DNA of 61,231 nucleotides, the filler included. It is 12 parts of 12 records of this genome, joined end to end, with 100 filler letters (N's around TTAATTAATTAA, not from the genome) between each part and the next. Parts side by side here need not be neighbours in the genome. Positions count along the whole stretch, not along the records: positions 7,312 to 12,968 come from SRR7504441_66624; positions 13,069 to 16,333 come from SRR7504441_66631; positions 16,434 to 19,479 come from SRR7504441_67012; positions 19,580 to 22,641 come from SRR7504441_67054; positions 22,742 to 26,560 come from SRR7504441_67058; 7 more parts are not named here. The stretch is one strand, 5' to 3'. The translations under genes and the position numbers were made by a program. The notes beneath the pieces are model-generated. The model saw only the letters and a program-made list of their open reading frames with translations. It did not search any database and was not told the DNA's origin. Positions 12,177-23,058 of this stretch are shown here, in pieces; within the stretch, counting starts at the first letter, position 1, and the number at the start of each line of letters is the position of its first letter.

Positions 12177-12916
12177 GGTATATTAAAGGTATATATGTAC
12201 ACACTGGTTCATACCTGGTTCACGGGCGGGCAATTTAATACGTACCATTTGAATAGAGTACTTATGTACACCGCTAGTACTGTAGTACAGTACCGCTCCG
12301 GTTATGTGGTCTAGCTATAGGCTTACTCAGGGCTTAAATGAAAGAAATGTGTCTTAATTAAATTAAGGGGCATTAGGTCTACCCATTCTGAAGTCGAAGA
12401 CCTAGCTCGTATTGGCTCTTACTAGCTCTTGTTCCCGCCTCTCAAGGCTTACTTCCTCTGCAAATGCCACCTGTAGCACATCGAATCTTAAGCTTAGAGA
12501 ACTTGCTACGGTGACGACGAGATGGTGTGATAGCTGCCGGTGAAGGAGCAGCTTTGATATGAGCATTTGTACTCGGCAACCGCACAACCAGGTTCTACGG
12601 GAAGACCAGGAACATTTGATGGAAGTGAAGCTTTGAGCAACAACCCTGGGAACGCCGGCGAGTTGGGAGAGCATTGAAACCACTTTGTGGAGCTCTCCGG
12701 CACGATGTCTGGGATCTCAAACGCACGTATTTGGGGATACCCCTCGTTTCCAATGCCGAAACCGGGACCGCACGCTCCACGTGACATATCTAGCATGTGC
12801 TTGGTGGAATGTTGAGTGGGCGAATCGCATAGCCCCCGAGATAGAGAAATTGACCCTGTCCCCCCCTCTGCATACTTGTTTCTTCTCAGGGATGTCCCTC
12901 GCCCCTCGGTGAAGGT

Positions 12917-12958
12917 GTCCGTTAGAGTCCGTTGGGGTCCGTTAGAGTCCGTTGGGGT
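12917..12958 (+). repeat. Short tandem repeat (GTCCGTTAGA-GTCCGTTGGG)x2 at contig end
   Basis: Four 10-nt units with a GTCCGTT core, read directly from the sequence. Confidence 0.85.
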
Positions 12959-12968
12959 GGCGGTTGGT

Positions 12969-13068
12969 NNNNNNNNNNNNNNNNNNNNNNNNNNNNNNNN
13001 NNNNNNNNNNNNTTAATTAATTAANNNNNNNNNNNNNNNNNNNNNNNNNNNNNNNNNNNNNNNNNNNN
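12969..13068. other. Artificial contig linker
   Basis: N44-TTAATTAATTAA-N44. Confidence 0.99.
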
Positions 13069-13348
13069 GAACGAGAGCAACTGTGGATAATACTGCTTCT
13101 GGGCAATGATTAAAATAACCACAGATGATTGTGTAACTCCCCAGCCTTCGCTGCATAGCCGCAGCCACGGCCCGAGTACGGCCCGAGGGGCGACTATGCC
13201 CGGAAGCACCAACTGATCGACCTACGATATACCGAGGGGCCCGCGCAGCTACCGTACATGTAGCTACGTACCTGCCGAATGTACAGTACATGTGTGTGCA
13301 GCATCAAGCCAACAACTGATTCTTCCGACTCGCCCGCTGCCTCGCAGG

Positions 13349-14919
13349 ATGGCCGGGTTGTACGGCTCGCTCCCGCCCGTGGGCGCCGCGCTCGACTCGG
13401 CGACCGGCAACGCTCTGCCGCCGCCGCCTTCGGCTGCAGTGCTGGCTGCTGCCTCGCAGCCCGCGCCCGCCCCGCCTTCCAGCGGTCAGCCGCACGGTGC
13501 CGGCCGGGGGCGAGCCGGGGCGCCCAGATGGCTGGAAGACCCAATTCATGGCCCCCCCAGTCCGGAAGCGCCCCGCGCCAGCCGCCCAGCCCGCCAAGCC
13601 GGCGCAGATCCCCAGGAAGGAAACCAATCCAGCAGAGGTGAAGCCGCCGGCACTGACTGACCGAGCGAGGGCGCTGCAGCCGGGCTCGGATTCGCGCAAG
13701 CAGAGCGAACCAGAGAGTGCCAACCTGATTAACGCCAGCCAGGTGCCCTGTCGGCCTACTGCCGGGCGTAGCTGGAGGCAGGTGGCCGATAAATACGACC
13801 CGGCGTTCCCGAACGACTACGAGGAGTACTGCAAGCAGCGGACCGCCCGCAAGCGCACAGAGCCAGTCGAATCCCGCAAGAGGCGCGAGGGTGGGCATCT
13901 ATCGAACACCCGGGTGGCGCTTGACGGTCGGCAGATGAGGACCGGGAGGTGGGGTCTGCTGAAGATTTGAAAATATCGGGGGACGAGGCGTATCGCAAGC
14001 GAATGGAGATGAGCGCAGGAGTCTCAGTCGCGCCGATGCAGCCAGAGGAGAGTGCTGCAGAGCGGATGATGAAGGGTATGGGCTGGAAAGCGGGCGAAGG
14101 TTGGTGCTGGCAGGCCAGTGGCAATTCAGGCCGGTTGCAGGGCTCGGGTCCAAGGGGCAGGGGATAACGGCAGCACTCGAGCACAGAAAGACTGGCCGGA
14201 GCTCCGGAGCTATTGTAGCGGGAGCCCCGCTTCAACCGGTGGCTCACGCAGCCGGTTGTGGCCCGTGAGATGGGCTGGCAGGCGGCTAGGCCTGCTCCGC
14301 CACCGGCTGCTCCAGGTGCGCCCGTTGATATGGTTGACTAGCAATGCTCCGATCTAGACAGCACAGCGGCCTTTGGGTGATTGCTAATTGCGTGAGGGAC
14401 TGTTTGGCAGCTCCAGTGAAGAAAAAGTCGGCTGTCAAAGGACGGCCAAGCAAGGTGGTGTTGCTACGGGTGAGCTCCGGTTGCTGGTTTTGAGCTGACT
14501 GGGCGTGTGCAGAATATGGTAGGCCCGGGTGAGGTGGATGAAGATTTGCAATCTGAAGTGGCTGAGGAGTGCACAAAGTATGGTGATGTGGATGCAGTGA
14601 AGGTGTTGGAGGTAGCTTTCAGATTGGCTGTGTAATCCGGCAAAGATAGTGGCTGTTGACTCCAGTTCATTGTAGGTCAAAGATAGCGGTGTGCCTCCTG
14701 AGAAGGCTGTGCGAATATTTGCCAAGTTCTTCAGACAAGAAAGTGCCATGAAAGGTACGCAAGTGGATTCAATTGACCGAAATCTAATGCCTATTCTGTG
14801 CAGCTTTGGTGGACTTGAATGGCCGCTTTTTTGGTGGACGGACCATAGATGTGATTTTCTTTGCAGAGACGCGTTTCAACGAGGATGATCTGTCGCCAGC
14901 CAATGACGATTTCCCGTGA
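13349..14919 (+). CDS. SPF45: Splicing factor 45 (RBM17/DRT111): SF45 motif, G-patch and UHM; about 10 introns
   Basis: MAGLYGSLPP start; YDPAFPNDYEEY motif; G-patch AERMMKGMGWKAGEG|LGSKGQGI; UHM KVVLLR|NMVGPGEVDEDLQSEVAEECTKYG...AMKA|LVDLNGRFFGGR. Confidence 0.93.
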
Positions 14920-15175
14920 ATCCACAAATGGCATTGCACACTGCGGCTTTGGAGGGGAAATAGCCTTTGGCCAAGTGTTGTTGCGATGATTAATTGTACT
15001 TGGAATTAGAGGCCACCCTATCTAGAAGGCTTCAGAAGGTCTACCGAATTTCCAGTGGCGTCCACAACCACCAACTTTTTACCATATACAATCGTAGCTC
15101 ATTAATTTTTGAAATGTACATGTATTTTCAAATAATTTTCAAAGTATGAATTTTTTCACAGAACTTTAGCTAGAT

Positions 15176-15565
15176 CTAATCGATTAGCTCCTCATCGTTC
15201 GTACCCTGTCCACTAAGTACTATTTGGTACCTTCGTTCATGCTCTAGGGTCAGTGTGAAGGTGCTCTCGAAAATCCCATCGCATTCGGGAGAGAAAGTCA
15301 TCCGAAGGATCGCTTCTGAGGCTGGGTCTTTAAGATGTGCAGGTCTGCCATTCAAGAACCCTGCCCGAACTGCGTCCTTCCTCAGCTGGTTCCAATGCGC
15401 GAAATCATCACCTGCCAGACACGGGTCAGCCGAGCGCACGCTGATTTGTCGTCACACATCAAGAGGCATGTGAGAGGTCCACTTTTGCTAGGCTCGAAAA
15501 TCAAAGTGATTTCGCGCTCCTCTGCAGGCTCAATATCAGTGCTCTTTGGCTCAAATTGAATATCC
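15176..15565 (-). pseudogene. Short ASH/Ig-like (CFAP65/Hydin-like) ciliary protein fragment; no clear start
   Basis: IQFEPKSTDIEPAEEREITLIFEP and LRMTFSPECDGIFESTFTLTLEH...LSGQGT joined by a 44-nt intron; flanked 5' by AT-rich DNA. It could instead be a small real gene. Confidence 0.35.
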
Positions 15566-15853
15566 AAATTCGGCCGTTCAGGAAGACTGAGTCGGACAAT
15601 GGTTCTTTTCAAAAATAACCGATTTATTTTTAATAAAGCTTGGTTTAAACAAGTCAATGGCTGGGCTCTACCTTGCTTAAACTTAAACCCCAATGACTAC
15701 GACCCGTCCTGCAGTCAGACTAAGTTGCTGTATCGCGGTATCATCATCATGATCCCAGCCTGCGCATGCCCTCTTGATGAGCACTCAAGTGAAAGAGCAC
15801 CGTGAGGCAAAGCCGCCGATGCTGGGCTGAGAGAGAGGGAGAGCCAGCTCGGC

Positions 15854-16333
15854 ATGTGGGGGGCGCTTTCCAATGTGGTCTCTGGCGCTGCGACTGCGGC
15901 TGCCAAGGGGGCCGATATAGCCAGCAAAGCGCTGGACTCGCTGGATCAGATAGGCGACGGGGAGGGGCCGACGGCCAGCGAGCTGTGCGACCTGATAGAC
16001 CGGGCGCAGCAAGCCAATGCGGGGGCGCTCCAACGGCTGCAAGAGCATTGCGATGCTGATCTGATTCAGGAGGCCGGCCAGACGATGGACCGGAGCGCGG
16101 ACGAGCTGAGGTCGGCGGTGCTCGAGTTCGCGGACCAGGCGCAGCGGTCGGCCAGGGAGCAGCGACTGGTGCTGGAGGAAGTGCAGCTGAAGCACGATGC
16201 CGCCGCGGCGCAGCTGCAACAGACGCTCGAACGGAACATCGAGCTCGAAGAGCAGCAGAACCCGACGGAGGTGGCCGCGGAGCTGGAAACGTGCCGGAAA
16301 CAAGTGGCAGAGCTGGAGGCGCAGATCCGGATT
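15854..16333 (+). CDS. Coiled-coil protein, 3' truncated
   Basis: MWGALSNVVSG start; heptad-rich E/Q/L/A ORF running into the linker. Confidence 0.7.
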
Positions 16334-16433
16334 NNNNNNNNNNNNNNNNNNNNNNNNNNNNNNNNNNNNNNNNNNNNTTAATTAATTAANNNNNNNNNNN
16401 NNNNNNNNNNNNNNNNNNNNNNNNNNNNNNNNN
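16334..16433. other. Artificial contig linker
   Basis: N44-TTAATTAATTAA-N44. Confidence 0.99.
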
Positions 16434-16444
16434 TGTACGGGATT

Positions 16445-18141
16445 CTAGAGCAACAACTCATCCGAGTACTTGCTCGTTCGGCCCTCCCGCTTCCGTACAG
16501 TTTGCTTGAGCACACCCGATCTCCTATTCGCCCTCTTACGCCGCAGCACTGCTTGAACGGCCGCGGTACTCGGCGGACGCGTTGGGGAAGCTTTCGGCGC
16601 TATGGCGCGCTTCGCGCGGGAGGCTTGGCTGACCCGCACGTCAGTCGCGCAATTGCTGGCAAGCAGCTGACCGGATCTGGCGAGTGGCCGAAAGCTTGGG
16701 CTTGTCAGGTTTGAGCTGGAGTCGATCAAACCCGGTCCGGCTGCTGGTGTGCTGAGACACTTGGTCGGCCAGCTGCTGGTCGTGCCGTGTGACAAGTGAG
16801 CTCACTTTGCCCTTCTGCTGCTGCCCAAGCCTGCCAGGGCTCAATACACACAGCCCGAGCACCCCAAACCTGGCCATCCGGCCGGCCCTGTGGACGTACT
16901 GAACCAATGTGCTCGGGAAATCGAAATTAATCACATGATCCACCTGCTTGCACTCTTGCCGTTAGCAGGCAACGAGAGCGGACCGCCTTGGTGTCGAGCC
17001 CACGGCCGGCCAAGTCCGTACACACTAACACAGCGGGCTGACCCGACTCGAACTGGGACCAGGCCGCCAGCCGGGCGTGCCCATCCATCCCGCCGTGCAG
17101 GCCTGCCCCACGGTCGGCACGGCAGCCGCGCTGCTCACTGAGGGGATGTAGTCCGCTGGCATGCAGCTGCTGCTCGACGGCCTGGCAGCTTGCGACGCTG
17201 TTGCAGAAGACCATGGTCTTGTGCTTGGGGTTCTTGAGCAGCTCGTGCAGTCGGCCCATCTTGGCTGCCCGGCTGACTCGCTCCATCTCGTGATGCACGC
17301 TGCTAGGAATGCTGTGCAGCCCGTCTACTGACACGAGCTCAATCGAGCGCTGCCACCCACTGTTCATCGCCCCTCACAGCGGCCCACCTTGTGTATCCGC
17401 TCGAGCGTGCTGGTGGTCTCGATTGGCACAGTGGCCCCGCACAGCACCAGCTGGCTCTTGCCCAGCACCGCGCTCACAGTCGGCCACACTTCATCTCCAA
17501 ATTCGCCAAGCATAGTGTCGGCCTCGTCCACCACCAGCGTCCCGAGCTCCGAGTAGAACAGCTGCCCCCGCGCGTGCAGCTTCCGCACCACCCCGGGCGT
17601 GCTCACTAACAGGTCCGCCCCTGCCTCGCGCTCAATCACCGCGGCCCGCCGGCGCGCACCCTGTTCGATCGCCAGCCTCTTCTCCCGGGTGCTGCCTTTG
17701 GTCAGCCCCACTGCCCGGAACTTGTACTGATGCGCCAGCCGCTTGGCCACCCGGAGCACCTGCGCCCCCTCCGGCCGGCCACCGGCCGTGCCGCTCGCCT
17801 GCTGCCCGAGCTCCTTCGACGGGAGCAGCACCATAGCCCCGGGCCGCTTGGGGCGACGCGGCTTGTCCTGCCCGCGCGGCGTGGGCTGACCGGGCGGAAT
17901 GGGGACTCGCCTCGGCGCGCAGCCGGTGGATGAGCGGGAGCAGGAAGGCGAGCGTCTTGCCCGAGCCGGTCTGGGCCGCGATCATCAGGTCCCCGCCCGC
18001 CAGAACCCGTGGGATGGCCGCCGCCTGGATCGGGGACGGCTGGCTCACCCCGGTCTGCTGCACCGCCTCCGCCAGCTCCGGGGCCAGCCCGAGAGCCCGG
18101 AAGCACCCCGCGAATCGCCGCTGCCCGATGGCCGCTCGCAT
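16445..18141 (-). CDS. DEAD-box RNA helicase (possibly organellar DDX28/RH39-like), about 8 introns
   Basis: Q motif PSPIQ, AQTGSGKT, VVDEAD, GRGLD, YVHRAGRMAR. Short Arg-rich N-terminus. GC-AG introns at 17868..17910 and 17760..17798. Confidence 0.9.
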
Positions 18142-18493
18142 CGCGTTGTGGTCGGTGGTGTTGGGTCAAAATCAAGGAAGTCCAAATCAACGGAAAGCCC
18201 TGCTTCTTGTGCCCGATAGGCAAAGGGGCGAGGCCATCTTGCGTTCGAAACGTGCCGGGATGATCTTCGATGGTTCGGTGTGCGGACTTCAAATCCGTAG
18301 CTGGTTAACACCAGAGTGGTTCGATTCCACCTTCTTGGCGATCACTTTTGCCCTGCAGCCCTTACACAATACCCTGAAGCAGGCCATAGATTGTACATCT
18401 CTCCTAACCACCCAGGACTTCATCAGGCTCGGAACCACCCAAGACGGACTGAGGCGCATCCTAATCCCCGAGTTTTTCTTTGAGGCGCGGCTC

Positions 18494-19479
18494 ATGTCGG
18501 CGGCGGCCGACTACTGCACCGGGCTCTCGGACGGCAGCAGCGATTACTACGGGTACTGCGACGTGTGCTACGCCGAGCAGTGCACCAGCTTCCCGCTACC
18601 GCTCTGGCACCTCTTCTCCATCCGGCAGCGCATCCAGTGCCCTCCCCCCCCCCGACTGGGTTGACCCCCCGCAGGCTTTGGCTCCCGTTCGGCGCACTGC
18701 TGGCCGTGCTCGCCGTGGGGCTGTTCGCGCTTCGGCGCAGCCCGTGCATCCGGCGTGTGCTCGCGGCGCCGGGCGGCTGGGGCTGTAAGCGGGGGCTGGT
18801 GCGGCCCGTGGCGCGTTTCTCGGCCGAGCTGAGCCGGGCCGGGGCTCTGGGGCTGGCTGGGCTGGGGCTCAACTGGGGGCTGACCAGCTGGTGGGTGGCG
18901 CACTTCCAGACCAGCCACAAGTACGCCGAGCACTCGGGCCTCTACAGCCTGGTGCTGGCCTCCGGGCTGCTGGCCGCCCAGAGCGTCGGCCTGGCGGCGC
19001 TGCCCTGGCTGCCGGCCCCGGCTATCGAGTGGGCCGGGCTCAGCCCGGTCCGGGGGGTTCAGTGGTCCCAGCTGCTCGGTGTGGTCGCGCTGCTGGCCTC
19101 GCTTGTGCACGCTGTGGCCGGCTGGAGCTATGTGGGCTCTCTGGCGGACACCACTCCATCGCTTGCCGGGTACGGAGCGCTGTACGGGAGCCTGGCGCTC
19201 GCGGTCTGGCTGCCGCTGCCGCTCCTGGCCGACTGGCTCCGAGCGCAGCACTGGGAGATGTTCATCGGAGGCCGGCTGCTCATACTGCCTGCAGCCGCCC
19301 TGCTGATGCTACATGCGCTCGACACGCTCCTGGTCTGGCTGCCCCTCGCACTGCTCTGCGCTGGCGCGCTGCTGGCCCGGTACCGCCGGCGCCGCGGGAC
19401 CCGGCTTGTTCACGCCGAGATCGTGGGGCAAGCCGGGCTGGACGCGCAGGTGTGCTGGCCAGCTGGGCTCACTGAGTGG
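18494..19479 (+). CDS. Ferric reductase-like transmembrane protein, 3' truncated
   Basis: Cys-containing N-terminus, 38-nt intron at 18637..18674, about 7 hydrophobic helices. GLSPVRGVQWSQLLG...VH and LRAQHWEMF...LH match FRD/NOX TM3 and TM5 patterns. Confidence 0.65.
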
Positions 19480-19579
19480 NNNNNNNNNNNNNNNNNNNNN
19501 NNNNNNNNNNNNNNNNNNNNNNNTTAATTAATTAANNNNNNNNNNNNNNNNNNNNNNNNNNNNNNNNNNNNNNNNNNNN
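19480..19579. other. Artificial contig linker
   Basis: N44-TTAATTAATTAA-N44. Confidence 0.99.
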
Positions 19580-20504
19580 CAGCGCGGTTGCTGCGATCTT
19601 GCTGGTTGCTGCCGCCCGGGAGGTGCATCCCGGGGAGCAGCCGGGGACCGCAAAGGGCAGCATGGTCTTCACGGATTCGGTCTCGAAACGGCTGCTGCGC
19701 TTAGATAGTTTGGGCGGCGAGCCGCGCGTCATCGGTCACGGCATCGCAACTTACGGCGGACTGATGCCGTGGAAGGGCGTGCTGTTGGCCGGCACTCTGG
19801 ACCACAGGGTCATGCAGATCGGCCCTTGGAGCGCACGGAGGCCTCGATGTATCGTGGATGTGCCTAAAGCCCTTGGTGTGCTGAGACCTGTGGCCAACTT
19901 CGCAGTCGGGGGCATCACGCTCTGCGGCGGCGCCTTGTTCATCGCATACGGCGGGAACGCAACTCTTGGGCACAGCGGGGTGCTGCGATGCGAAGGATGC
20001 GAACCGGGGGCTGAGTGCACGTCCAAGTGTGCTGTTGTCGACGGCGGCCCGACACCGGGTGCTGGAATGGATCAGCTCGGTGGGTTTGCAGCCGGGATCG
20101 AGTGTGTCGGGGACAAGGTGCTCATTGCGGACAACACAAACTTTCGGGTCCAAGCCATTCCGGCCAGTTGCCCTCGATCGCCATGCGACATTTCGACTTT
20201 TGCTTCAAAGCTCAACTACCCGCTGGGCATCGCTAGAGTGGACGACATAGTTTTGGTCAGCTTAGACGCTACTATCGCAGCGCTCTCTGAGGACGGATCT
20301 CAGCGCTCATGGAGTCAGCAACCCGACTGTGGGTACCTTGTTCGGGCCGAGGGCAGCGTGATTGCCGCCGATCGCAACATCATTTCATTCGATTCGAGTT
20401 GCCGTGGGCCAAATTGCAGACCGACTGTGCTTTGGAACGCAATGCCCGGGGTGGCGGTGTACGGCGCAGTAGCCCATATCCCACCGGGGCCGGTTGACCT
20501 TTAA
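19580..20504 (+). CDS. Secreted beta-propeller (NHL/SMP-30-like) Cys-rich protein, 5' truncated, intronless
   Basis: Hydrophobic leader at the contig edge; MVFTDS, VLIADNTNFRVQ and LNYPLGIA blade motifs. Confidence 0.55.
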
Positions 20505-20737
20505 TATAAGGGCTGATCTAGGGCGATCGTCTGTTACAACCGTCTTCGGATCTCACGTTCGCGTTGATACTCGTACGCCGGCAACGCTGCTTTCAACCAT
20601 GTGGCCATGTCTCCGTGCTATAGATCCGTGCCTTCAACCTCACTGGTCATGCCTCACTCAGATTCACCACCGACGTTGGACACGTGCGGGTTCATACGAG
20701 ATATGAATCATTACGCTCGGTTTCAAATGTTGTATCT

Positions 20738-22425
20738 TCATTGTAATTTCGATTTCTCTTGCCTAATTGGTCTAATGTTATATACCGGGCGAGTCACGAC
20801 CGGGGTGCGTGGCTGCGCGTTAGAAAGGCGAGACTCGCGGTAGCTTCTCAGTTCGTTGAACAGGCCCTTGAGCAGTGGGAGCATCATGGGCAGGAAGTAC
20901 GGCAGATACACCGCGAGCTTCTGCTCGTCTGGGAAGTAGAGCATTGACACCTGCCGCCGCACTCAGTCCGGCCAGCTGACCGGCTCGCCATCGAAGGGTG
21001 GTGCAACGCTTGAGTGGCCAACTCTAGCCCGGCTACCGCGCAGCTGGCAGCGCAGTCAGCCAGAGCCAGCCAGGCCGCACCGGGCCGCGGCAGCCGCTGA
21101 GCCGTTTTGGATCAGTGTGATGGTTTGATCTGCCGGCCACTGTGAGTGTGGCAGGTGGGGCCGGGACCGTGCAAGTCCATCGCGCCGGCCACCATGCTGG
21201 CCACCTCCTGGCTGACCGGGAGCGACCCAATGTTGTCTAGCATGTGCACCAACTGGTTGAGCGAGTCGGCTAGTCGATCCAACCCGGCCGCAACGCTGCT
21301 CAGCTGGTACCGGTCAGCCTCCCACTCAGCCAGCCCGCTCCGACGGTCGTACCCGCCCCCCGGCCGGTCTGTCGGGTGCGACACCCCGAGCAGCTCGCGC
21401 AGTCCAGCGTGCCACAGCTGTCCCTGGCTCGCTGGCAGGCCAGCCGTGTGTTGCCTCAACCGCCGCGGCATCCAACCGCACAGGCCCCGACGACTGGTTC
21501 AGGATCGCCACCGCCCCCCAACGGTGCACCACCAGCCTGTCGGCCGCTCCGCCCGGCCCGGCCAGCTGGCACCCGGCCGCCCCGCTCGGGTCGCCCCTCT
21601 CTCGAATCGCGAGAGGGCCTCGCTTTGGGAGGAGTGCTACCAGGTGGACCGTGGCGCCCTCGGTCGGGCCAAGATTCCAGCTGCCCCGGCTCAACCAGGG
21701 GACCCGGCCGGCCCGCACCGGTCTATGCTCAGCAACTGGTGCCGGGCGTCTGCCATCGAGTAAAACAGCCCGTGAGCGTCCTCGCCCGGGCCGATCTCGG
21801 GCGGACCAATCCTCACAATCTGGCTCTCGAGCTCGAACTCGCCGCCCAGCCGGTCGAGCAGCGGCAAGATCGGGCCCAGCTCGGGGCTCCAGCTCTGGTT
21901 AAACTCGGGCCAGTCCTGGACCAGCAGCGAGACCAGCAGCCGGACCCGCGAGGCCTGCCCGACCACCGCAGGCCCAAACACGGCCGGCCCGGCCAGCTGA
22001 GCTGACACCCGGGCCACCCGCCCGGCCAGCCAGTCGACCGAACACTCCGGGCCCACCGGCAGCCAGCCGCGCCGCTCCGGCCCCATCCGCGGCTCGTGGA
22101 TAGTGCACTCGCCGGCCGGGCCGGGGACTATTGCCAGCTCCAAGCTCGGGCTGGGCTGCTCGATCCAGCTCGGCTCCAACGGACTGGCCGCCCGGCGCAC
22201 CTCGTATCCGGGGCCGAGCGCCGCCTCCAGGCCGTCCTCCCAGCCGGCGGGCGGGAGCAGGAGCAGCACCGGCGGGCGGGGGACGGTGCGGCTCAGCCCG
22301 GCGATCCGGGGACGGTCGAGCGGGGCGCGCGAGACGCGGGTCGAAAAGTACCACAGCGGCAGGCAGGCCGCCGCCCCGACGCTCAGCGCCAGCACGCCGT
22401 GCAGCCGACGCACGTCGTACACCAT
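20738..22425 (-). CDS. PIGS: GPI transamidase component PIG-S
   Basis: N-terminal TM followed by LPLWYFSTRVSRAPL; ESQI; VHRWGAVAILN; LRELLG; C-terminal SMLYFPDEQKLAVYLPYFLP; several ~37-43 nt introns. Confidence 0.9.
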
Positions 22426-22641
22426 GGCCCGCCGCTGGTACTCGGCCCACAATCTGCCAAGTCACACCCGAGTGGCGGAACAAAACCTCCGTTTCACGAA
22501 GGCATGGCGGGAGCGTTGGCAATGGTAGCCGCCTCGACTGTCCTTCGGGACTCAAAATGTTACTCTCGGCCTTCTGGCTAAGAACACTTAACTTGATCCA
22601 CAATGCGAGGTTGATCCTGGTTCGAGTCCAGGCGTTCCCAT

Positions 22642-22741
22642 NNNNNNNNNNNNNNNNNNNNNNNNNNNNNNNNNNNNNNNNNNNNTTAATTAATTAANNN
22701 NNNNNNNNNNNNNNNNNNNNNNNNNNNNNNNNNNNNNNNNN
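22642..22741. other. Artificial contig linker
   Basis: N44-TTAATTAATTAA-N44. Confidence 0.99.
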
Positions 22742-23058
22742 TGGGTCCACCTCGTCGTTCTCGGCCTCCTCTTGTGTGGGTCCAGACCATCTATGTGCGA
22801 CTGTGCCTGCAGGGACTGTCGGTGTAGATTCGGTGGAATCTGCGGTGCAAATCTGCACCGCTCTCTCTAGCATTGCCGCCGCGCAGCTGCCCATCCAACT
22901 CTCCCTTGGAGCTCTGCCGCCAGCCCATTCCCCAACAGCAAGTCCTGCCGCGCGTGCTTGAGCGGAAAGTGCGGCACGTGGTCGGCCGCGATGATCTCGA
23001 CAGCTCAGCAGCCGCCTGTGGGTCTACCGGTAATAACGGCACAATCCCACCTGTGGAC

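Noticed and set aside
13320-13349. Acceptor-like CCTCGCAG just before the SPF45 ATG, suggesting spliced-leader trans-splicing
   Set aside because: Not seen before most other start codons; a 5' UTR intron or chance is enough to explain it.
18625-21462. Extra GC-donor candidates in the ferric reductase and PIG-S genes
   Set aside because: In-frame GT donors giving 38- and 43-nt introns are available, so they were not counted.
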